From the sequence record SRR20825019_1182: 51,988 nucleotides of DNA; one strand, written 5' to 3'. The translations under genes and the position numbers were made by a program. Under the pieces are notes generated by a model. That model saw only the letters and a list, made by a program, of their open reading frames with translations, was not told the origin of the DNA and did not search any database. Numbering within the stretch: the stretch's first letter is position 1; the number at the start of each line of letters is the position of its first letter. Shown piece after piece: positions 27,773-37,500 of this stretch.

Positions 27773-29105
27773 GGTGATAATGCCCGCGCTCGGTATGGCG
27801 CAGGACACCGGCAAGATCGTTCGGTGGCTGAAGAAGAGTGGCGAGCCTGTGTCCTCCGGCGAGGCGATCATGGAGGTCGAGACCGACAAGGCGGTGATGG
27901 AGGTCGAGGCTGCTGCCGACGGTTTCCTGAGCGGCGTTTTGGCGGGTGATGGCGCCGATGTGCCGGTCGGCTCGGTTGTCGCGGTCATCGTCGACAGCGA
28001 GGGCGAGGTTGAGGATGCAAAGCGTGCCGCGGATGCTGGCGGCGAGGCCGTTGCGACCTCCGGCGATGCAGGTGACGAAACCCTGCCCGAGGGTGCGGAG
28101 ATCATCATGCCCGCACTCGGCATGGCGCAGGATACCGGGCTGATCGTCAACTGGTGCAAGGGACCGGGCGACAAGGTTTCTGCCAGTGATATCCTGCTGG
28201 AGGTGGAGACCGACAAATCGGTTATGGAGGTGGAGGCCGGCCATGACGGTTATGTTGCCGCCATTCTGGCCGAGACACAGGAAGCCGTGCCGGTCGGTTC
28301 TGTCATTGCCGTGATTTCTGTCGAAAAGCCGGAAAGCCCGGTTCGCAGAAGTGGTGGAACACATTTAAAGCCAACCGGTAACGGCGGCGGTTCCCCAGAA
28401 GGGGAGAAACCGGCCCTTGCAGAAACCGGTCCACAAAAGATGTGGTCTGCTGCTTCGGTTCCGGGTCGCATTCTCGCGTCGCCGAAAGCGCGGCGTCTGG
28501 CAAGTGAAGAGGGGCTTGATCTTTCGCTGCTGGCGGACCAAGCTGTGCCCCAGCCCTTTCATGCTTCGGATATCAAGGCGCTGCGTGAACTGAAAAGTCG
28601 ACCAGCACCAGCCGAAACGGCTCCGGCAATCGTTCCGCTTCGCATTGAAGCGCGGGTTCCGGTTTCAGGTTTTGAGGCGTTCAGTCACTGGCTGGAGGAG
28701 GAGGGTGGCAATGTGTCTGAGCCGGAGCGGATCTGGCTCAGTTTCGCTTCAGCAGCCCTGCGTACAGCGAACGGGACTGATGAAACGATCGTTGTCGGAA
28801 CGCTGAAAGCGGGCGCAAAAAAAACGACGCTGTTTGCCGATGCCGACCGTATTCGCCTGGGTACATCGCTCGATGGGACAGGAGACGGCGAGGCGGATAT
28901 GGTCCTGCGGGATCTGACAAAGTCATCGGTCGTCCGCGCGACGGCGCGCGCACGAAACGCGCCGGTGCTGACCGTCGGCCGCGACAGCGGCGATTTTCTG
29001 ATCGGGTTTGATTACCACGACGGCCAGTTGAGCGAGGTGGCGGCTCTTGCTTTTGTCGCCGGCTTTGCCGGACGGCTCGAAGAACCGCTGCGTCACCTTC
29101 TTTGA
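27762..29105 (+). CDS. E2-like protein: two lipoyl domains, a peripheral-subunit-binding domain and a degenerate acyltransferase-like C-terminus
   Basis: ETDKAVME and ETDKSVME lipoyl-Lys motifs; ASPKARRLA; C-terminus lacks DHRxxDG. Confidence 0.85.
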   Translation: MPHEVIMPALGMAQDTGKIVRWLKKSGEPVSSGEAIMEVETDKAVMEVEAAADGFLSGVLAGDGADVPVGSVVAVIVDSEGEVEDAKRAADAGGEAVATSGDAGDETLPEGAEIIMPALGMAQDTGLIVNWCKGPGDKVSASDILLEVETDKSVMEVEAGHDGYVAAILAETQEAVPVGSVIAVISVEKPESPVRRSGGTHLKPTGNGGGSPEGEKPALAETGPQKMWSAASVPGRILASPKARRLASEEGLDLSLLADQAVPQPFHASDIKALRELKSRPAPAETAPAIVPLRIEARVPVSGFEAFSHWLEEEGGNVSEPERIWLSFASAALRTANGTDETIVVGTLKAGAKKTTLFADADRIRLGTSLDGTGDGEADMVLRDLTKSSVVRATARARNAPVLTVGRDSGDFLIGFDYHDGQLSEVAALAFVAGFAGRLEEPLRHLL

Positions 29106-29121
29106 ACATTGGAGCCATGTG

Positions 29122-30552
29122 ATGGACTACACCAATCTTTATATCGGCGGAAACTGGCGTGAGGCTGCAGGCGGCGAACGGTTCGACGTCATCAATCCGG
29201 CAACTGAAGAGGTGCTCGCTTCTGTTGCGTCAGCGGATACCGCAGACGCCGATTCAGCGCTTGATGCAGCTGAAAAGGCCATGGCTGAATGGTCGGCAAA
29301 AACGCCGCGCGACCGCTCTGAGATTCTCAGGAAAGCCTGGGAGATGATGATTGCGCGACGTGAGGAGATCGCACATTATATCACGCTTGAAAACGGCAAG
29401 GCGCGTGTTGATGCCATGGCCGAGGCGACCTATGCCGCCGAGTTCTTTCGCTGGTTTGCAGAAGAAGCGGTGCGGGCCGACGGGCTGATCAAGCACGCAC
29501 CTGCATCGGGTGCGCGCATTGTTGTGCAGCACAAGCCTGCGGGGATTGCCGTTCTGGTCACACCCTGGAACTACCCGGCGGCCATGGGCACGCGCAAGAT
29601 CGCGCCGGCCCTTGCTGCCGGATGTGCCGTGATCATCAAACCGGCGACCGAAACGCCGCTGACAATGCTGGCGCTGATGCCGGTTCTGGAGGAAGCGGGT
29701 GTGCCGCCGGGTCTGGTTAATGTCCTGCCGTCGAAACATTCAGGGCGCCTGGTCGATCATATGCTGCATGATCCGCGCGCACGTGTGATCTCATTTACCG
29801 GTTCCACCGGCGTGGGGCGCAAGCTTTTGAAATCGGCGGCCGATCAGGTCATCAAACCAGCGATGGAACTTGGCGGCAACGCGCCGCTGATCGTTTTCGA
29901 GGATGCCGATATCGACAAGGCTGTGGCGGGTGCCATGCTGGCGAAGATGCGCAATCTGGGCGAGGCCTGCACGGCGGCAAACCGGTTCTACATTCATGAA
30001 GAGCTCAATGCGGCGTTCACGGAAAAGTTCACCGCTGCCATGGCTCGGCTGAAGCTCGGCAATGGCCTTGAGGATGGCATTGATGTCGGTCCGCTGGTCA
30101 ATGCTGCAACCCGCGACAAGGTGGCCGGCTTCGTCGAGGACGCGGTCGCGAAAGGTGCGAAAATCGAACTCGGCGGAACGCGCCCGAACGGCAAGGGCTT
30201 CTTCTATCCGCCAACTGTACTCTCGAATGTTCCGGAAACCGCCGATTGTGTGCATGATGAAATTTTCGGCCCCGTTGCAGCACTCCAGACCTTCACCGAT
30301 GAAGAAGAGGTGATCCGTCGCGCAAACGATACCGAATATGGTCTGGTGGCCTATGTCTTTTCAGAGGACATGAAGCGCGCCATGCGGGTTTGCGAACGGC
30401 TGGAATACGGTATGGTCGGCCTCAATCGGGGCCTGGTTTCCGATCCGGCAGCACCCTTTGGCGGCGTCAAGCAATCCGGCCTCGGGCGCGAGGGTGGGCA
30501 CGAAGGCATGCTCGAATTTATGGAAACGCAATATATCTCGGCGGAATGGTGA
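29122..30552 (+). CDS. NAD(P)-dependent aldehyde dehydrogenase (succinate-semialdehyde dehydrogenase-like)
   Basis: TPWNYP, FTGSTGVG, MELGGNAP, catalytic Cys in GEACTA, EIFGP. Confidence 0.93.
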   Translation: MDYTNLYIGGNWREAAGGERFDVINPATEEVLASVASADTADADSALDAAEKAMAEWSAKTPRDRSEILRKAWEMMIARREEIAHYITLENGKARVDAMAEATYAAEFFRWFAEEAVRADGLIKHAPASGARIVVQHKPAGIAVLVTPWNYPAAMGTRKIAPALAAGCAVIIKPATETPLTMLALMPVLEEAGVPPGLVNVLPSKHSGRLVDHMLHDPRARVISFTGSTGVGRKLLKSAADQVIKPAMELGGNAPLIVFEDADIDKAVAGAMLAKMRNLGEACTAANRFYIHEELNAAFTEKFTAAMARLKLGNGLEDGIDVGPLVNAATRDKVAGFVEDAVAKGAKIELGGTRPNGKGFFYPPTVLSNVPETADCVHDEIFGPVAALQTFTDEEEVIRRANDTEYGLVAYVFSEDMKRAMRVCERLEYGMVGLNRGLVSDPAAPFGGVKQSGLGREGGHEGMLEFMETQYISAEW

Positions 30553-30553
30553 T

Positions 30554-31483
30554 ATGAGCGGAACCGATTTTATCGCAAGTCCCGCTGTGAAGGCCTATGC
30601 CGGGCGAAAGGGCGTCGATCTTTCCGATGTCGCCCAAAAGTCAGGCCGGACCAATCTCGCACGCGAGGATGTCGACCAGCATATGGATGGTCCTGTGGGC
30701 GAAGGCGCGTCACAAAGCAGGAAAACCGATGCTGGCGGCCGTGAAAGTGATGCCCATTACTGGCAGGTTGATCACGCCGCGTTCGGCCCGGTCAGCAAAG
30801 AGCTCGTGTCGCGTATTGCGAAGCTGACTTCACAGAACCTGTCCGCCGCCAACCGCACAATCCCGCAGGTCACTCATCACGACCGCGCCGATATGCGCGT
30901 CGTCGAGGCGTTTCGCAAAAGCCTCAAGGCGGAAGCCTCTGCAAACGGTCTTCGCCTGACCGCGCTCGCCTTCCAGATCAAGGCGCTGTCGCTGACGCTT
31001 GAGGCCTTTCCACTGTTTAATACCTCACTGAGTGCCGACGGCGAAACGCTGGTCTGGAAAAAATATTGCCATATCGGCATCGCGGTCGATACGCCGCATG
31101 GCCTGATGGTGCCTGTCATTCGCAATGCCGACCAGAAAGGCCTCTGGCAGATCTCGGCTGAAATCGCCGACCTGGCAAAACGGGCCGGGCAGCGCAAATT
31201 AAGGCCAGACGAAATGGGCGGAGCCTCGATGTCGGTGTCCAATCTCGGCAGCATTGGCGGCACGGCCTTCACGCCGCTGATCAACCCGCCGGAAGTGGCC
31301 ATTCTGGGCATCACAAGGGCAGAAGTCGTTCCGGTCTGGGAGGACGAGGCCTGGCAGCCGGTTCTGATGGCACCGCTTGATCTCTCCTATGATCACCGGG
31401 TGATCAATGGTGCAGATGCGGCGCGGTTCCTCACCCATTATACCGGGCTGCTGGCTGATCCACGCCGGATGCTGATATCATGA
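30554..31483 (+). CDS. Dihydrolipoamide acyltransferase catalytic subunit lacking lipoyl domains
   Basis: ASPAVKAYA binding domain, IGIAVDTPHGLMVPVI, SNLG, INPPEVAILG, SYDHRVING. Confidence 0.9.
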   Translation: MSGTDFIASPAVKAYAGRKGVDLSDVAQKSGRTNLAREDVDQHMDGPVGEGASQSRKTDAGGRESDAHYWQVDHAAFGPVSKELVSRIAKLTSQNLSAANRTIPQVTHHDRADMRVVEAFRKSLKAEASANGLRLTALAFQIKALSLTLEAFPLFNTSLSADGETLVWKKYCHIGIAVDTPHGLMVPVIRNADQKGLWQISAEIADLAKRAGQRKLRPDEMGGASMSVSNLGSIGGTAFTPLINPPEVAILGITRAEVVPVWEDEAWQPVLMAPLDLSYDHRVINGADAARFLTHYTGLLADPRRMLIS

Positions 31484-31550
31484 TCATTGCATTGTCACCC
31501 TATCCGGCGCGTGGCGCCCTGAGACCGCATTGTGCCTTTCCAGCTTCAGT

Positions 31551-32300
31551 TTATCCGTCTGCTGTCGTTGCCGGGAGTTTGCGCGAGGGATCGTTGCCCA
31601 GATCGAAATAGTCGGTGTGTGAGGCAGCGATGGCGGGTAGATCCTGCAGCAGGTTGCGCATGTGCGTACGCAAAGCCGACACCGCTTTCTCCGTGTCCTG
31701 TTCTGCCAGCGCGCTGACGATCTCCTGATGTTGCTCAACGAGCTTTTCCCCCGCAAATTTCTCCAGGCTGAGATAGCGGACGCGGTCCATTTGTGCCTTC
31801 AGATTTTCCAGAACGTCCCAAACGCGCACCTTGCCTGCCATGGCTGCCAGGGTGCGGTGGAACTGTTCATCCATAGCCAGAAAGGCATTTGTATCGGAGT
31901 TGATAACTTCCCGTTGCAGTGCAATTTGCTGCTCCAGTTCCTTGATTTGCCGGGGGCCGATCTTGCCTGTCAGCTCACGTACGATATCGGCTTCAATGGC
32001 TTCGCGGATAAAGCGCGCATCCATCACTTCACCAATTGAAATCTTGCGGACGAAGCTGCCGCGCTGTGGGCGGATCTCCAGAAGCCCTTCTTCGGCCAGC
32101 TTGATGAAGGCTTCGCGAACGGGCTGGCGCGACAGCGCATAGCGCGTGGCGATTTCCTGCTCGGAAAGGCGCATTCCGGGTTTCATCTCTGCCTGGATAA
32201 TGCTGTCGCGCAACAGCCTCACAATCTGTGGCCCGATCGGAACTGTCAGGTCGAGAGCGGACGCGCCGGGTATCTGATTGTATGGCTGCTTCATGATCAT
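31551..32300 (-). CDS. GntR-family (FadR/FCD) transcriptional regulator
   Basis: PGMRLSEQEIA...SRQPVREA HTH; FCD motifs DEQFH, QHQEI and HM; start 32300 or 32294. Confidence 0.9.
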   Translation of the reverse strand: MIMKQPYNQIPGASALDLTVPIGPQIVRLLRDSIIQAEMKPGMRLSEQEIATRYALSRQPVREAFIKLAEEGLLEIRPQRGSFVRKISIGEVMDARFIREAIEADIVRELTGKIGPRQIKELEQQIALQREVINSDTNAFLAMDEQFHRTLAAMAGKVRVWDVLENLKAQMDRVRYLSLEKFAGEKLVEQHQEIVSALAEQDTEKAVSALRTHMRNLLQDLPAIAASHTDYFDLGNDPSRKLPATTADG

Positions 32301-32413
32301 GTTCCGATTCTGGCTCCTGCTGCCATTCTGGCCGACATAAAATATCTGAACCTGAACGAAGTAAACCATTTCGAAGCAGGCGCATTACCGGCAGGTATCA
32401 TTGCCGCATCCGG

Positions 32414-33700
32414 TCATTGTCCCATAAGCAGGTCGGGAAGGAATGTCACTGTCACGGGAATAAATGTCAGTGTCAGCAGAACCGCGATAAGTGCCAGGAA
32501 GAACAGCCAGGCTTCGCGAACATATTCAGCGATTGAAACACCCAGAACGGAGCAGGATGTGAACATCAAGGTTCCGACCGGTGGCGTGACCCCGCCAATT
32601 GTCAGGTTGACCACCATCATGATTCCAAACTGAAGCGGATCAATTCCCAACTGCGTAATTGCGGGAACAAGAATAGGCGTCAGCAGGATCAGGGCTGCGG
32701 TACCTTCAATCAACATACCGATGAACAACAGCAGAATATTGATCAGCAACAAAAGCAGCAGCGGATTCTCCGTGATGCCGAGGAGAAGTGCAGCGCCCTT
32801 TGCCGGTATCTGTTCCCATGTCATGTAGAAGCCGAATGCGCCCGCTGAGCATATGATCAGCATGACGACCGCCGTGGCCAGAACGGTTTCCGTTATAATC
32901 AGCGGGAAGGCTGACAGTTTCAGCTCTTTGTGCCAGAAAAAACCAATGAGCGATGCGTAGACAACAGTCATGGCGCCAGCTTCGGTGGGTGTGAAAATTC
33001 CCTGTCTGATACCGATCAGAATAAAGGCGATGATCGAGAGCGCCCCGAGGGATTCGACAAACGCGCTCCACAGCTCCCGGCCAGTTGCCACCTTCATACG
33101 TGTGGGCTTGTAGCCGCGGCTCTTTGCCCGGATCCGAACCACCAGCATCAGAACGAGCATGATCATCAGGCCGGGCACAATACCGGCGATGAACAAGCGC
33201 CCAACTGAAACATTGGCCAGAAAGCCATACAGAATGAGGCCGATACCGGGCGGGATGATTGGTGTGATAACGGAGGAGCAGGTGCAGACAACCGCCGTAA
33301 ACCCGGGAGAGTATCCTCTCCGCACCATTTCGGTACCCAACATTTTCGCCTGCATTGCGGCGTCAGCATTGGCAGAGGCCGAAAGGCCGCCCATCAGTGC
33401 CGATAGCATCACATTGGCCTGGGCAAGGCCGCCGACCGTGTGCCCCACAAGCGCATCAGCGAGCCCCAAAAGCCGGCGGGTGATACCGGCATGGTTCATG
33501 ATGGTGCCTGCAAAAATGAAGAAGGGCACGGCAAGCAGCGGAAAGGACTCCGTTGATGCAGCCATTTTCTGAATAAAAGAGCTGATTGGCAGGCCGCTGG
33601 ACATTAAAAAGAAACTGAGCGCTGCCATCGCAATTCCCAGTGCAATGGGCGTATTCAGCAGAAAAAGCGCCAGCATGATCGCAACAGGTATCAGGCCCAT
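32414..33700 (-). CDS. dctM: TRAP transporter large permease
   Basis: LLAVPFF, IIPPGI, FTPTEAG, TPPVG. Confidence 0.93.
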   Translation of the reverse strand: MGLIPVAIMLALFLLNTPIALGIAMAALSFFLMSSGLPISSFIQKMAASTESFPLLAVPFFIFAGTIMNHAGITRRLLGLADALVGHTVGGLAQANVMLSALMGGLSASANADAAMQAKMLGTEMVRRGYSPGFTAVVCTCSSVITPIIPPGIGLILYGFLANVSVGRLFIAGIVPGLMIMLVLMLVVRIRAKSRGYKPTRMKVATGRELWSAFVESLGALSIIAFILIGIRQGIFTPTEAGAMTVVYASLIGFFWHKELKLSAFPLIITETVLATAVVMLIICSAGAFGFYMTWEQIPAKGAALLLGITENPLLLLLLINILLLFIGMLIEGTAALILLTPILVPAITQLGIDPLQFGIMMVVNLTIGGVTPPVGTLMFTSCSVLGVSIAEYVREAWLFFLALIAVLLTLTFIPVTVTFLPDLLMGQ

Positions 33701-34227
33701 CCCGCGCCCCCTTCTTCCGGTGTTTCAGACAGGCTGTGCGTCGGGCGGCTATCGCCGGAGAGTTTTCGGTATGTAATTCCGGCGTAACGGACCAGCATAC
33801 AGGCGAAACCACACATCAGTGCAGCGTAAAGAACAGCGCGCGGCCACCGCAGAATAGGGAGCGGATCATCCATTGTGCTCAGGCAGAACTCCACCCCAAG
33901 CCAGGTCGCATAAGCGAGAAATGCAAGAATCAGGATATCGACAATGAAGCCAAGAACGCGCCGGGGGCTGGCCGGAAGCAGGTTCCAGAACAGATCAATG
34001 CTCATATGCATGCCGTATTTAAAGGCGGCAGCACTTCCCATAAAGATCAGCCATGCGAAGGCAACGGAAGCGATATCGCCTGTCCAGGCGGCCGGGGTGG
34101 CTGTCACGTATCGCGTGATAACCCCCCAGCACACAGCTGCAACGAGCACGACAAGTGCAAATCCACTGACGGCCTCCTCAAAATAGTAAAAAGGGCGCAG
34201 GCCGGATTTTTGCAAACTTCTGGACAT
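33691..34227 (-). CDS. dctQ: TRAP transporter small permease
   Basis: ~4 TM segments, VITRY and HMSIDL motifs; lies between dctP and dctM. Confidence 0.9.
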   Translation of the reverse strand: MSRSLQKSGLRPFYYFEEAVSGFALVVLVAAVCWGVITRYVTATPAAWTGDIASVAFAWLIFMGSAAAFKYGMHMSIDLFWNLLPASPRRVLGFIVDILILAFLAYATWLGVEFCLSTMDDPLPILRWPRAVLYAALMCGFACMLVRYAGITYRKLSGDSRPTHSLSETPEEGGAGWA

Positions 34228-34272
34228 CGTTTTTCGCCTTCAGAGCACCTTCAGAACAATTGACAGCGACGA

Positions 34273-34294
34273 GACAGGCAGCGGCGCGCCTGTC
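34273..34294 (-). terminator. Stem-loop after dctP
   Basis: GACAGGC-N8-GCCTGTC. Confidence 0.45.
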
Positions 34295-34315
34295 CCGGTA
34301 CGCGGATCCACGCTT

Positions 34316-35290
34316 TTACTCGGCGAGGATTTTCTGGATTTTCTGGTAAAGGCCCGGCGTCCAGTTCGGGAATTGCTCGTAAACGCCAGCAGTCTTGTCC
34401 CGGAATGCCTGAATGTCGACATCATCAATGATGGTTACACCTTCAGCGCGGAACTTGTCTTTGTACTCTTCGTCACGTTCAAGCGTCAGCTTTGTTGCCA
34501 GCGCGCCGGTCTCCCTGCCGACTTCTTTCATCACGGTCTGGATGTCATCGGGCAGGCTGTCGAAATAATCCGCGTTGATGACCCAGAAAGTAAAGGCGGT
34601 GAAATGCTGCGTCAGGGAAATCACGTCACGTGTTTCATGAAGTTTTGAGCCCCAAAGTGAACCGAGCGGAGCCTCTGCTCCTTCGACAACATTCTGCTGG
34701 AGTGCGCTGTAGACTTCCGACCACTCCACGGTGGCTGGACGGGTCCCCATGGCTTCAAAGGTTTTAACAAATACGGTGTTTGGCGGAACGCGGATCGTCA
34801 TGCCATCGACGTCTGAAGGTGATCGCACCGGTTTGTCGGACAGAATGTTGCGGGCACCAAACAAGGCATCATCAACCAGAAACGTAATGCCTTTCTCGTT
34901 GAACTCATCCTTGATTGCGTCAAACCATTGCGAGTTCACGATCTTGCTGAACTGTTCGGGATTATCCAGAAGATAAGGGCCCTCGACGACACCGATATCC
35001 GGCACAAAGTCAGACAGATAGCCCGAAGATGTCACCGAAATAATCGGCGCACCCTGTCGCATCATATGGTTGACGTCCTTTTCGCTTCCCAATTGCTGTG
35101 CCGGGAATACCTGAATTTCCACCTGGCCATCTGTTCTCTCTGAAACCTCATCAGCAAAGAACTGAGCAGCCTCAATGGTCGGCTCTCCCGGTGAAAGGGA
35201 GCTGGCCAGCCGGATTGTATAGTCTGCCGCCATGGCCGGGGCAGCCAGCAACACGCTTGCCGCCAGAAAAGCAGCACCTGAGAACTTCAT
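34316..35290 (-). CDS. dctP: TRAP transporter substrate-binding protein
   Basis: Signal peptide MKFSGAAFLAASVLLAAPAMA; conserved Arg in TIRVP; EVYSALQQNVVEG; AGGAGGAG RBS. Confidence 0.93.
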   Translation of the reverse strand: MKFSGAAFLAASVLLAAPAMAADYTIRLASSLSPGEPTIEAAQFFADEVSERTDGQVEIQVFPAQQLGSEKDVNHMMRQGAPIISVTSSGYLSDFVPDIGVVEGPYLLDNPEQFSKIVNSQWFDAIKDEFNEKGITFLVDDALFGARNILSDKPVRSPSDVDGMTIRVPPNTVFVKTFEAMGTRPATVEWSEVYSALQQNVVEGAEAPLGSLWGSKLHETRDVISLTQHFTAFTFWVINADYFDSLPDDIQTVMKEVGRETGALATKLTLERDEEYKDKFRAEGVTIIDDVDIQAFRDKTAGVYEQFPNWTPGLYQKIQKILAE

Positions 35291-35335
35291 GATCATCTCC
35301 TCCTGACAAAACCGGCACCCTTCTCCACAAGAGTA

Positions 35336-35381
35336 CTCATATACAAGATAGATCTTCATATATAAAATTGCTGATTGTCAA
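35336..35381 (-). promoter_or_regulatory. Candidate TRAP operon promoter with a GntR-type operator
   Basis: TTGACA on the minus strand at 35376-35381; near-palindrome CTTGTATATGAG at 35336-35347. Confidence 0.45.
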
Positions 35382-35571
35382 CAGGCTTCAATGATAAAAT
35401 CCATATGTTTCCCATCGAATGCCGGCCAACTTTGACCTGCCACGGGCTTTTTCCTCCACCGCCGGAAAGCACGATGCGTAGATTCAATCGGTTGGAGCGT
35501 TTTTGGTTCGTTCGAGCGGACGCACGGCGGTTTATTGGCCGGACACATCGCCTTCCGGATCGGCGCACAGT

Positions 35572-35800
35572 TTACTGCTTGAAGCAGTTTTCCCGGTGCC
35601 ATTGAAGAAAACGCGGATGTGGGCGTTGCCAGGCGCGCGAGGGGACGATGGCCTTGCCTGTTCTGTTGATCAAGGAATGGATGCTGTCGGGATCGTTTGC
35701 CTGTCTTGAAACGAGGATGTCGAGATCGTCGGAAAGGGCGATCAGGCCGCGGTCGAACATCCAGTGGGCCGTGCCGGAAAGCGCGACGCCGTTGGTGATT
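35572..35800 (-). pseudogene. C-terminal remnant of an HNH (putative restriction) endonuclease
   Basis: In frame ITNGVALSGTAHWMFDRGLI...PHPRFLQWHRENCFK*, the typical tail of this family; the N-terminal part is absent and the next gene ends ~50 bp away. Confidence 0.8.
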
Positions 35801-35850
35801 GATCGTATTGAACGGAGATTCCAGCCGGCGGGTATCAGGGCACGCCAGGT

Positions 35851-36831
35851 CTACTCAATTGAAAGCAGGGCATTGGCGAGCGACTGGTCAACGACGAGAT
35901 GAGTCACAAGCCCACCTGTTATGGCAGCATGGGTTGCCTGAAGACGATCAGATCCGCAAACGACAAGAAGCCGTTTGCGGGCTGTTTTCAGGTTGTCGAT
36001 ACTCGCTGCTATAATACGGTTTTGAGGCTCGAGCGGCATGTTGTTGCCGTTTGCATCGATGTAGCGGCAGCAATAGATTCCCACGCAGCCTGCCTGTCGA
36101 GCCTGGTCCAGAGCATCAGCCGTTGCCATTCCTGCCGTCACCAGATGCGTATCGTCAGCGACATTGCCGACCGAGGCAATCGTGAGATCAAGGTCGAACA
36201 GTTTTGCAAGCTGCGACCGAATGGTCGGCTCACTGGAGAAGGCTTTGGCAAGCTCAACGGTCGAGACGATACCCGGAGCATGCAGGGTAAAACAATCGGC
36301 GCCGAGTTTGTTGGCAACTTCAATAGCGCAGATTTCAGAGGCGGGAACCCGGTCTGAATCCTTGGAGCCAATCAGTTGGCACACCTCGATATCACTCATC
36401 GGTGCGCGCGGCATCGCCTTGGCCATGGCTGCAATCGTCTCGCCCCAGGCAACCCCGATCCGATCCCCCGCCTCGACAATATCAAGCACCGCCATAGCCG
36501 CGACGCGGGCCACCAGCGGCAGGTTTTCGTCTCGTTCGCTGTGTGAGGGAGATGCTCCGCCACTGGCCACATAAACGTCCTGCAGGCTGTAACGTGCGCA
36601 TAGATCGCGCGACAAGGTGGAGGCGGCGAGCAGTTCGCCGTCTACCTGAATTTCAACGATGCCCTTCTCGCGGCATTCGCGCAGCATGTTGACGACTGTC
36701 GCACGCGAGATCTTGAACCGCCGGGCAATTTCACCCTGCGTCAAACCTTCACCGTAGTAGAGAAGGGCGACGTTGGAAAGGAGTGCATCCTTCTCCCCGC
36801 CGGCCGAATAGAGACGCTGCGCATGTTTCAT
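35851..36831 (-). CDS. SorC/DeoR-family sugar-binding transcriptional regulator
   Basis: LYYGEGLTQGEIARRFKISRATV HTH; IGVAWGET; LHAPGIV; HLVVD. Confidence 0.92.
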   Translation of the reverse strand: MKHAQRLYSAGGEKDALLSNVALLYYGEGLTQGEIARRFKISRATVVNMLRECREKGIVEIQVDGELLAASTLSRDLCARYSLQDVYVASGGASPSHSERDENLPLVARVAAMAVLDIVEAGDRIGVAWGETIAAMAKAMPRAPMSDIEVCQLIGSKDSDRVPASEICAIEVANKLGADCFTLHAPGIVSTVELAKAFSSEPTIRSQLAKLFDLDLTIASVGNVADDTHLVTAGMATADALDQARQAGCVGIYCCRYIDANGNNMPLEPQNRIIAASIDNLKTARKRLLVVCGSDRLQATHAAITGGLVTHLVVDQSLANALLSIE

Positions 36832-36834
36832 CGA

Positions 36835-37500
36835 TTAGCTACCGACGTCCTTGTTTCCTGATTGCCCATAGTTTTTCCGGAACCAGTTATAACAGCGGTC
36901 CTGCTCTTCGGTCGATAATTCTTCAACACCGCCACGCAGCATCGCAAAGTGTGTCGTCTTGGCCGCCTCTTCCAGATACATGGCGATCGATGTCGCCTCT
37001 TTGGCAGACGTGCCCATGGTAAAGACGCCGTGTGCCTTTACCAATGCGGCCCAGCCGCCGTCGGCCGCTTCCAGTATAGCCCGGCCGGTGTCGACCTCGC
37101 CGGGTGTCGCATAACGCGAACAGGGAACATCGCGGCCCAGCATGTGGGTGATTGGCGTCAGTACAGCCGGAATGCGCTCGCCGCGTGCGGCAAAACTTGT
37201 CGCATACGGTGAATGCGTGTGGGCGATCCCGAAGACATCGGCGCGGTTTCGGTAGATGTAGAGGTGAACGCCTGTATCGACCGAAGGCTTCATGTCACCA
37301 TCAACGATATTGCCGTCAAGGTCGACGACAACCATGGTCTCTGGCGTTAGTTTCGCAAATTTCACGCCGGATGGTTTGATCACGATCAGCCCGGTTTCCG
37401 GGTCGCGCGCCGAGACATTGCCGCCCGATCCCACGACCAGCCCCGCAGCGGGAAGTTCGTGGTTCTGTTCACAGACGATTTCTTTCAGATTTTCCAGCAT
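36835..37500 (-). CDS. Class II aldolase/epimerase (L-ribulose-5-phosphate 4-epimerase-like)
   Basis: GGNVSAR, IKPSG, PSVDTGVH, HTHS, AHGV; start MLENLK at 37500 with TGATG coupling. Confidence 0.9.
   Translation of the reverse strand: MLENLKEIVCEQNHELPAAGLVVGSGGNVSARDPETGLIVIKPSGVKFAKLTPETMVVVDLDGNIVDGDMKPSVDTGVHLYIYRNRADVFGIAHTHSPYATSFAARGERIPAVLTPITHMLGRDVPCSRYATPGEVDTGRAILEAADGGWAALVKAHGVFTMGTSAKEATSIAMYLEEAAKTTHFAMLRGGVEELSTEEQDRCYNWFRKNYGQSGNKDVGS

Noticed and set aside
25783-31483. Calling the cluster housekeeping pyruvate dehydrogenase or canonical acoABC
   Set aside because: Split E2, no E3 or AcoR/AcoX, and sugar-catabolic context; substrate cannot be assigned, so no gene symbols were given
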